Below are positions 1-10,100 of a DNA stretch of 64,000 bases, piece after piece. Both the position numbers and the translations under genes were made by a program. The DNA is from Cladosporium halotolerans (lineage: Eukaryota). Within the stretch, counting starts at the first letter, position 1; the number at the start of each line of letters is the position of its first letter. The DNA is taken from positions 62,001 through 126,000 of the forward strand of contig NW_027191466.1 of NCBI RefSeq assembly GCF_011745625.1. The letters are read 5' to 3'. The notes beneath the pieces were generated by a model. The model made no database searches. It had not been told where the DNA came from and saw only the letters and a list, made by a program, of their open reading frames with translations.

Positions 1-436
1 AGTCGAGTGTTGCGAGCAGCGAGCAGTGACGGTCTGGACGGCGGCGCAAAGGAGCGAGAGCGGGAGCGCGCAGGCAGGCAGGCGGCAGCGGCAGACGGTG
101 AGATGCGGAAGGGTCGCGAAGGAGGGCTGCGCTGTCAAGCCACCGGGCGAGCGAGGTGCCGATGGGCGGGCGCGCGATTGGCGAGCTGGACGAGGCGTGC
201 GCGCTGGATGTGCAGTAGTCTGGAGTCGCAGTGCAGCGGGCAGAGGTGCGCGGGCGAGGCGTGGGCGTGCGCGCGGCGAGTGGTCTGGTGGAGGGAGAGG
301 TGGGAGGAAGAGGTGTAGGATGCAGGTGGTGGCAGCAGTAGTAGGCCGAAGGGCAGATCAACAGGCCGAAGACGGCGGGACGAGACGAGACGAGGCGAGA
401 CGAGCGAACCACGGCGGGCAGACGACAGACAGACAA

Positions 437-460
437 GCAGGCAGGCAGGCAGGCAGGCAG
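437..460 (+). repeat. (GCAG)n microsatellite in a long non-coding region, probably the leader/promoter of a minus-strand gene left of the window
   Basis: gcaggcaggcaggcaggcaggcag; the surrounding + strand is purine-rich, so the - strand is pyrimidine-rich like other 5' leaders here. Confidence 0.8.
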
Positions 461-3365
461 ACTCAGGCAGACTCAGGCTCGGGCGCGCGACGGGGAGTCG
501 AGTCAGTTAAGGCAAGGCGAGAAGGCGAGACAGGCAGAGACGCAGAGACGCAGAGAGGCAGGGCAGGGCAGGCAGAGGCGGGTGGTGGGAGGCCGTGGGG
601 ATGGCGGATGGCGGATGGCGGACGCAAGCTGGGAGTGCTGGGATGGCGCTGGGGAGCGGATGCCCGAGTCTCTCCCACCAAAGACACCCGCCCTCTCGCC
701 AATGGGGCCCCTCGCCGCCTGCCTGAGCCCGTCCGGGCCTCGAGACCCTCGACACAGGTGGCAGATGGCCGCGCTCGTCTCGCTCGTCTCGCCAGATAGT
801 CTCGCCGCCACCAATACCACCGCCGCCAACTGCGCGCGCTGCTGGCTCGCGCCCCTCCTGCTCGCCGCCCGCCCCCTCATCGTCTGCCCCAGCACCCCAG
901 CGCGCGGGCCCGGCCAGACCGCGTACCTTGGATGCGCTGACTGCCCGGCGGTATGGCGGCGGGCGGACTGTGCTGACATGTATGCGACCTCCTCCGATCC
1001 GCCTTACAAGCTACCTTACCCTGCCTACCACCAGCGACAGCGTGCGACAGCCTTTCGCGCTGCACGCGTCGCGTTAAAGCGGGTGCAGGCGGGCGCAGGC
1101 GGGCGCAGACGGGCGCTGGGGGGAGGTAGCACTCGAATGCCGGCCGCCGCATCCCTCGACCACGCGCGCTGCACTGCACGCCTCTCGCCAGCAGCAGGAG
1201 ACGCGTCGTGGCGTACTGGGCAGAAGAGCCGGGTAGTCCGGTACCTCCAGCGCGTCGCGGTAGGGTGTGTCCACGGTGTATTCACGAGATCTCCCTCCTC
1301 GCCCTGCCCTTCACATGCCATTCCCGCCGTCGTGCTGTCGCGCCGCCGGTCGCGAGCAGCGCTGGCCTGCGCCGGGCGGCCGTGGTTGCGCCATTTTACC
1401 AAAGCCTCGTCCCGCGGGCCATCTCGACCCAAGACAGTTTTGGTCCGTCCAAACTCTGCCCGCAGCACATCGCGCCCCGCCGCCGTGATTGGGCAGGCCG
1501 CAGCGAGGCCGAACCAGCTCGCCGCGCCTCGCGAACCATCAACTACACCCGCTACCGGCGAGGCGAGCGCGCCAGTCTGCCGCTGGCAGTTCAGCTGCTG
1601 ATAGTTAGTGTGCTCGCCCGCCCGCGCCCTGCCGTCTCGCCGTCGTTGTCTGCGTCACCGACGCCGTGCTGGGCGTGCGACGGCCAGCCGCCCACTCGCA
1701 GGGCTGCAACGGGCCTGCAGCCCTGTCCCTGCAGCGGTCTGGGGTCCGAAGCCGCTCTCCGTCCCCGACCAGCGCGCACGCCGCACCCACCCGCGCAATC
1801 TGCTGTGCAGACAACACCACACATCCCTGACCCTGCCCGCTACCTTCTTTCCCCTTCCGCCCACAGCGACCTCTCGATCCCCGCGCCGCCCACACCCACT
1901 TTGCCATCTCGTCGGCGCGGCCTGTCGCTCCCCGGAGCCTACTCGCCGCATACTTCGCCGTCAGCTTTGCTCCTCATCCCGACCCTGACAGGCAAATCCC
2001 CGCCAGCGAATCCCCAAAGCAACCACCGCCGCTGACCCGCGCTTGGCCGTTCCGCGCGGTGTCGCATCGAGTGCGCCTTCACGTGCATCCGCCCAGATGA
2101 ACTCGAGCCTCGAATCCCGGGCACAAGCTGACACCCGCAGACGGGAGAGCTGCCTTGGCTGCAGAAGGCTGCGGCATCCAGGCGGCAGTGTGTTACGCCC
2201 AGGCGAAATGCAGCCACTCCCGGGGCAGGGCAGGCCGGCCGGAAGTCGACAGGTCCATGATCGAACAGGCATGCTCACGCTGCCGTCGTCCTATCCAGGA
2301 ATTGCCGTCGCACAAGAACCTCGCAAGCAGGCCTTTCGAGCCGCACGCATCTAGCGCGTCGAATGGGAGGCTCGTGACGCTCAAGGTACAGTATCAAAAG
2401 GCGACGTCGAATCCCGGCATCGCCCGCTTTCCAGCCTGAACCCTCAGGCCTTCAGGCGTCTTACACCTCCAAGCCGTCTGTCTACCTGCGACCTGTCCAA
2501 CGTGCTGCGGCATCTTAAACGTTGGGAAACACGTTAAAAAGTGACTGATCATGTGCGGCAGCCCTGCTTCCGACTGCTGCAAGCGCGACAGGCACATCGC
2601 TGCTTGCCCGTTGTCGCACGACTGCTTCCCAGTCCCAGCAGACTGAGTGCCGGGGTTCGGGACTCGGCCGCCTGCACAAGCCCTCGCGCGTCTTTCACGT
2701 GCTTCCGTCGTGGCGACACGAGGCTTGCGTGGTCGTGTCGCGGACCGCTTGTATGACCGCGCGAGTCCGCCTCCGTAGTCACGACCCGCGTGTCTGTCGA
2801 TGGACGATACGATCCACGCCTTATCGGCGCAATCGCATCGTATCACAGACTGACCAGTCGTCGACAAGCCAGCCTCTCCCACGCAGAACCAAGCCACAAC
2901 CAGCACCAACGCCATCCGTGCAACCAGCCACGACTCCCAGCCGGGAAAAGCAGCGGTGCCAAAGGAAACCCCAATCCCCGCAAGCCGAAGCTGACACACG
3001 AAACCTGATCCGCGCCAGCACGACATCTCCCCGTCGACCAGAAAGAAGCAAAAGGCCTCACAGCTATGCCATCCACTCCAGCATCCTCCCCAACCCGGCC
3101 GCATGATCGTCCTGCCGTTCCAGCTGGCACCCGTCGCCGGACGCGGACTCGCCGCCCACTCGCGCAGCCGACCTGCAACGCCAAACCTACGGCAAGCACT
3201 TGAGCGCGCGAGCGCAGTGTACTTGTACGCCTCTCGATAGATGAACGTACCACCGCAACCGGATTGATCGGATTTGGTTGTGCATTGCAGGCTGAGAGGT
3301 AGGTAGCTAGGTGGGTCAGGACCTTTTTCCGCGATGGACGTCGTTTAGGCAGGAAGGGTCGCGGA

Positions 3366-3446
3366 GTGGAGTGATGATCGACAAATCACAGAGCCGTGGT
3401 TGACGATGGAACGTCACTTCGTACATGGTGTGAGGGTCTGATTCAC
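3366..3446 (+). ncRNA. Candidate box C/D snoRNA
   Basis: Box C GTGATGA (3371-3377), D'-like CAGA, C'-like TTGACGA, box D CTGA (3438-3441), terminal stem GTGGA/TTCAC, about 80 nt. Confidence 0.35.
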
Positions 3447-3860
3447 GTGCGAGTGATCCAGGATCGTCGCTGAGGCACGTCTGAGCGCCAGAATGTGCAC
3501 GTGACAGTTTCGAGACGAGATTGCAAATTTTGAGACGGTAAACCGAGGTCTGATTGAGGTAGGTAATGTCGGTCTGGTGTACGCCGCAACTAGGATCACA
3601 CAAAAAGCGCCCGCAAGAGATGGTTCGCGCTAGAGCAATCGGTCGTCGCATAGCTCGAAACCAACATCAAACGACGCCTCAATCGAGTCGCATCGCTGTT
3701 TATCTCTCTTCAACCAAACAATCTTGAATCGTTAACACTCTGATAATTACGTTCGAACTAAACTCATAGTCCTTCAATTTCAAAGACCTCAATACCTCAA
3801 TTCGCTACCAACTTGCCCTTCAAAAACTCCCCAAACGCCACCACCTCTCCCCAAACCCAC

Positions 3861-4384
3861 CTACTTCTTCTTGCCCTCCCCCTTCCCCTCCTCCCCCTTC
3901 GTCTCCACAACCTTGACCTTGACATCAAACACATCCCTCCCCACCCCAACAGCCATCATCCTCAACACAGCCTCCACATTCTCCTCCGTCAGCAGCGTCT
4001 CCCTCACCCAAACCCTACTATCCCGCCCCTCGGCCGCCCACTTGACCGTGACCTCGCGGACGGCCTCGCGCACGTCTTTGCCGCGGTACTTGCCCATGAA
4101 CTCCTGGGCGTTGGGGGAGGAGGAGAGCAGGGATTCGATTTGCGTGGTGAGGTCGGCGAGGGAGAGGCCGGGGTTGATGAGGAGGACTGGGGTTTCGAAC
4201 AGTCAGTTGGATGGCGTGGTGGGAGTGATCGCGAGGGATGGGAGGTGGGGAATTTCTGGTCGATGTGTTGGCGGTTTGCCGGTAAGTACTTACTTTCGTG
4301 GCGCGCGGAGCCGTCGATTGTGAAGAGGGCGGGGAACTCGTGCTCGCCGGTGCGTGGGAGGGAGGTTCTCTTTCCTGACGCCAT
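3861..4384 (-). CDS. Hypothetical protein, 138 aa, 2 exons (4384-4294, 4186-3861)
   Basis: Intron 4293-4187 (GTAAGT..CTGAC..CAG) joins the ORF-track pieces MASGKRT..RHE and ..MGKYRGKD..KKK in frame; total 417 nt. Confidence 0.7.
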
Positions 4385-4699
4385 TTTGTCTGGTAGTGGG
4401 GTGTTTTGGTGGCGGGGGTTGATATAGTTAGGTTGATGTGAAGTTTGAATGCAAGTGGAAGTATACCCTTGAGCTTGTGACTCAGCAGGTCGAAGCTAGA
4501 GAAGTGTGTAGGAACTCAGATTCATTGAGCAGATCGATTTTCATCCACGCAGCTTAAGAGCTGAACAGCTCTGGGGCAGGGGAGCTTGCCAGGTTTTGGT
4601 GCGGCGTCTGCATGACGTCGCTTTTTGTTTACTTCGCTGCGATTGCACGGACATTTGTTGACGTTGTACGCTATTGCTAAATAATCGTAGCTTCCAGGA

Positions 4700-4940
4700 C
4701 CGAGGAAAGATCAATTACATACAGATCGCTAGAAACATATTGTCTAAAGTCATGCATGAACGCATCTTCACACTAGCAAGAAGCAGGGCGACGGTTCGCC
4801 CGATGCTCTCCATCTTTCTAACGGCGCGCCAGTGCCTCAGACAGCCAATCACCAAGGCCGTCTGCGAACCTCGGCTCGTCAGCTCGTCCATCACCTATGC
4901 TCGGCCAGCAACCTCGCCTACGGCCGCAACATCTATATAA
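4700..4940 (+). promoter_or_regulatory. Promoter with two FarA/FarB-type CCTCGG/CCGAGG sites and a TATA box
   Basis: CCGAGG 4700-4705, CCTCGG 4869-4874, TATATAA 4934-4940, upstream of a peroxisomal beta-oxidation gene. Confidence 0.55.
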
Positions 4941-5039
4941 GAATATCCTCAGAAGAAACAACATCTTTTGCTCGAAACCGCCCGTCGAGCTCGCTATCCA
5001 CGTTCACCATCAGATAAATCCACATAACCACACCTCAAA

Positions 5040-5971
5040 ATGCCTCCCTCAGACTACCCCCCACAACCACACTTCAACCTCACCTTCCCCTCCCCCTACG
5101 TCGCCCAAGTCGAAATCTCCCGCCCCGAAAAGCTCAACGCCTTCACAGAACCCATGGTGCACAGCCTCGGCGCAATCTTCACGCAGCTCTCCACCGACCC
5201 CTCCATCCGCGCCATCGTGCTCACAGGCGCCGGCCCGCGCGCCTTCACCGCCGGCCTAGACGTGCAGTCCGCCTCGGAATCCGGGCCCCTCTCGCAAACC
5301 AACCGCGACGAGCCCCTCGACACCGCGCGCAAAGCGGCCCTGCTGCGCCGGCACGTCCTGCAGTTCCAGGACAGCGTGTCGGCGCTGGAGCGGTGCGAGA
5401 AGCCCGTGATCGCGGCGCTGCACGGGATTTCCTACGGCATCGCGCTGGACATCACGACGTGCTGCGACGTGCGGTACTGCTCTTCGGACGTGCGGTTCGC
5501 GGTCAAGGAGGTCGACATCGGGCTCGCGGCGGACGTGGGGACGCTGACGCGGCTGCCGAAAGCGAACGTGCCGATGAGCTGGATCAAGGAGGTGAGCTTG
5601 ACGGCGCGGGAGTTTGGGGCGGAGGAGGCGCTGCGCGTGGGGTTGGTGTCGGGGGTGTTTGGGACGCGGGAGGAGGCGGTCGAGGGGGCGCTGGCGCTGG
5701 CGAGGAAGATTGCGGAGAAGAGTCCTGTGGCGGTGCAGGCGACGAAGGAGGTGTTAAACTTCTCGCGGGATCATTCCGTGCAGGATGGTGAGTCTGGTCG
5801 TTTTCTTTGTAATTGTAGACAAATCGTCTGTCGCGGATTCAGCTGACTTTCTCTATCACAGGTCTCAACTATGTTGCCGCGTACAACATGAGCATGGTGC
5901 AGTCGACCGACGTGAAAGATGCCATGCTAGCCGGATTGACGAAGAAGAAGCCTACGTTCGCGAAGTTGTGA
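5040..5971 (+). CDS. ECH1: Peroxisomal Delta3,5-Delta2,4-dienoyl-CoA isomerase (crotonase family), intron 5788-5861
   Basis: Motifs AFTAGLD, KPVIAALHG, KEVDIGLAADVGTL, KSPVAVQATK; the spliced C-terminus KKPTFAKL ends in a PTS1 (AKL). Confidence 0.92.
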
Positions 5972-7179
5972 TAGCATTGCAGAGCATCTCAAAAATTGAT
6001 AGATATTGCCCAAAGGGCCCATCTGCAATGCCCTTAAGAGAGAATTTCAGCACCCGCCTTCACCTCAATTCCTCCATCACAGCTCACAGCGCAGATCGAA
6101 AGTCCACTGTCCGTCTTGCGAGGTGGAATATGTCGTGCAGCAGCAGGTTCTGCGTCTCATACAAAAGGAGATGGTATAGCATCGGATGCACGCCACCTCG
6201 AACTTCCAAAGAATGATGTTCCGCGATCGTAATTCACGATCCGTTCAGTAGTCCAGGTAAGTGGTATGTATGCATCGGTAAAACAACTATCAAGGTGTTC
6301 AGGTACGGGCAAAGCCGACCTCTAGAATCGAAGCACCGAAAGTAAGACCTTGTCTGAACAAGGTAGTCGCACCTTCCGACCGTGAGCGGAGACAGCCCAA
6401 AAGCGAGCGTCCAAAAAGAAGGAAGGTGAGAGGACATTCAGTAAAAGAAAACATGAGAGCAATCTTTTGTTAAACTTTCTCATATTCTCCCCCTCCCCCC
6501 ATCAGTCAGGGAGAGAAGGCGTGCTCCAAAAACCTACATCGGATATCTAAGGTAACTTCGTAAGGGAGAAGAGAAAAGGCAAAGCGAGCAACTCAAAAAA
6601 GCAAAGCCCGTCGACGTCAATAACAAGCGTGTGACAAGAAAGGCGTTTCCTTGTTCTTGTGCGAATCAAAATGACTAAACTTTCGAAAAACCAGAAGAGG
6701 CTCAGGTATCTGACCTCTTTGCTTCAAATTCCTCCTGCCTCCTCCCGTCTGCCTTCTTCCATCCGTCTCTCTCGCCAGCTCTCGTCTGCTGGTGCTGTGC
6801 CGTGCTGGGCTCTGCTGTGCCTCGCTGTCTCGCATGCATGCAATGAGGGTCTTGCTTGTGTGTGTGAATAGCAAAAGGGAAGAAGAAGACAAGAGAAAAG
6901 AAGAACAACGACATCGAAGTGAAGTGAAGTGAAACAAAGTGAAAGCAAGAGGTTTGAACTAAAAGACGAAATTTTTTGGATTTCGAGAAGCGAGAATCGA
7001 AGAGAAGAAAGGGAAAAGGGTAGTAGTAGTAGAAGTAAGTGAAGAAAAAAGAAGTCAGTGTGAGGCCTCCCCAATGCATCGTCTATATCCCCATTTGTGG
7101 TTCCGAAGATCAATTCCCTTCCAATACCTTCCCTTTCCTTCCTATTTCCTCCTTCTCTGATCTCATGCTCTCACGAAGC

Positions 7180-10100
7180 TCAGTTCCAGCCCAAGCTGTT
7201 CTCGCTCATGACCGGCGCGGAGATGCCCTGCTCTCGCACGCTGCGGCCGTTCGAGCTATGTCCACTGTTGCGGCTGCCCCTGCTACCTCCACTGCCATTG
7301 CTGCGGCCATTGGAAGACGCCGCCGTGACGGCTGCCGAAGCACGTCCGTTGGCGCTGCCGCTATTGTGACCGTTGGCGCCGGACATGAAGTAGCCGCCCA
7401 TGCCACCACCGGTAAGGTTGGAGGCGCGCTGGGACATCTCGGGCTGCGAGGCGGGGACGGAAGAGGTACGCTGGTGGCTAGAGCGCTTGCGCTTGTAGCG
7501 GCGGGCGACGTAGACCATGGCAGCGGCGTACAAGGCAGCACCCGCGCAAGCACCGACACCAATGCCAACACTGGTGCCGCGGACGGGCTGAGAAGAGCCG
7601 GAGTCACCACCAATGGGAGCGCCGTCGCCGGCGGACGCGGAGGTGGTTGCGGCTGGGTTGTCCTCGGAAGCGCTGCTGCCATCCAAGCTTGCGCCGGGCT
7701 GAACGGGCAAGGAAGGGTTGACCATGGACATCAGCGTGCGAATAGAAGGAGATGGGTTGCCGTAGATGTTGCTGACGGGAGTGTGAAGGTCGAGCTGCAG
7801 CTGATTCACAAGGTCGGAAGGAATGTAGGCTTGCGCGAGAGTTGTCATGTAGCCGAGTTCCTTGGAAGTGTCGTAAGGCATGAGACCCTTCATCTTGACG
7901 TCCTTGGGGTCGACGCTGAGACCGTATGCAAGACCCTGAGGCAGGAAAGCAAAGATCTGGCTGATAGCGGTCGAGCTTCCAGCGACGAATCCATAGTTCA
8001 AGCCATAGTTGAAACCAATCTGGATGAGCGAGCCGTTCGAAGGTTGTTCCGGGATACCGCCAGGAGGCTGGATCATACGGGGCATGGTAGTAGGGAAGCC
8101 AGTCGGGGCGGTAGTGCTTGAACCGTCCGAAGCCAAAGCGCTGGTCTCACCCGCATCAGTGGGCGTAGGCGGCTGGGCAGTCGTGGTCGGCGCAAAAGCG
8201 AGGCTGGTAGGCACCTCGAGCGTGGTCGCATCGTCGCTGCCTGTTGGCACGATCGAATGCGGAGCTTCAGTAGTGGTCGAAGGGATGGGAGTCGTCTCAG
8301 GGGTGGACTCGACGGAAGGCTCGGTGCTCGTGACGATAGGCACAATGGGAGTCGCCGAATCATCAGACTCCGAAGCAGTGCTCGTGGTCGGAGACGGGCT
8401 GACAGTCTCAACGGTCGTCTCGGACGCGAGCGATCCCGAGGACGCCGAAGATCCTGAAGTAGCAGAAGCTGCGGAAGTGGTAGATGCTTCAGAGGAACCG
8501 GTTTCGCTTGACGCCTTGCCAGTAGCCGAGGACTGAACGCCCGAAGTGGCATCCCCAGAGCCGCCGGTAGCAGATTCACCGTCTGAACCAGTAGGAATCG
8601 GGACGATAGGGATGATGGTGCTGCTGTCAGTCGTGGTTGCCTCCCCGCTCGAGTTGCTCGAGGCGACGGAGGAGGGCTCCAGCGTTGGGAAGGAAGTCGT
8701 CTCCTCAGCTGCAGTTGCAGGGACGCTGGGCGTAGAAGACGCTTCAGTGATCGAGGCACCAGTAGAAACGCCAGTGCCAGTGGAGCTGTCAGAAACAACC
8801 GTGGAAAGGACAGGGACAGCAGTCGTGCCATCGGTTCCAGTGGAAGTGCTCAAGCTGTACACGGGCGAAGAAGTCTCCGCATCAGACACCGGTACGGGGA
8901 TCACGGTAGGGCCGGATGAGCCAGTGATGGTGCTGGAAGTCACAGATGGGCTTGAGGATGTCTGAGGAACAGCAACGACGGAAGTGCCGTCAGTAGTAAG
9001 GATCGTGCTCGATGTGGGTGCCGATTGGGCAGTACCAGTCGACGCAGCAATCCCGCTGCTACCAGTCTCAGTTGCAGTGGCCAGGGTCTCATTGGCCTCG
9101 GAGCCCGTGGACATGGCGGGCGTGCTCAGGGTCGAGCCAGTGGCAAGAACAGAAGCAGCGCTACCAGTAAAGTGGCTGGATAGGTCCGAGTTCATGGAGG
9201 AAGCAGCGCTGGACAGGATGCTAGAGAATCCAGAGGAGACATTCTCCGACACAGCCGAGTCAGTGGCGGTGGCAGCAACGCTGGACAGGCTGGAGCTGAA
9301 CGAAGACGCCAAGCTGGACAAAGCAGCAGATGCCTCGCTCGTAACAGAGGCGGTCGGAGCTGCGGTGGCACCGCCTCTGGCTTCGGAGAGCACAGACGAC
9401 TCTGCAGAAGAAACAGCACTGGAGAAGTCGGATGCGGCAGAGTTCACCACGCCACCTGCACCGGTACCAGACGAAGCTGCAGAGGAAGCACCCGAAGGCT
9501 GATCAGAGGTGGTCGGGACAGGGACCGGCAGGAGACCAGTGCCAAGAATACCAGCCGATGATTCGGTAGCATTGGTGGAGGCTGCGCCTTCAGAAGACTC
9601 AGTGGATGTTCCAAGCAAGCCAGAAACAACAGATCCGATCAAGCCAGGGGACTCAGTGGTCGTGGCACTCGCAGATGCTGCTTGGGAGCCGGTGAGAGCA
9701 CTGGTATTGTTGTCCGACTCCCCAGTAAGAGGGGCGGTGGAAGTCAAGGGAATAGGTGCTGAGGCGTTCTCAGCGCTAGTAGTGGCATCGCTCAAAGACG
9801 CAGATGAAGTAGTGGAAGCGGTGCCCTCGATGACAGTGGAGAGACCAACGGTGATGGCACCAAGAGAGGATTGAGTTGAGTCGGCCGAGCTTCCAGTGGT
9901 CACATCAGAGCTCGGGCCAGTAGGCTCGGGCTCATTGAAAGGCCGGAGGCCACCACTACCAAAATCAGGGGACCCACCGGTTGGCAGAGGCCTAGCCGGC
10001 AGCGTTGCGGAACGCGAAGTGAGGAAGACGGACGATCCGCTGGTTGCAAGCACACTCTCAGCGGGGACACTGCTGCCAGAAGGACCAGCAAAGGGGAAGG

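Noticed and set aside
7..3253. Many overlapping ORFs of 100-340 aa (e.g. 582..1601, 1208..2035, 2394..3104)
   Set aside because: Arg/Ala/Pro/Gly-rich translations typical of GC-rich non-coding DNA, with no motifs or codon bias; microsatellites run through them
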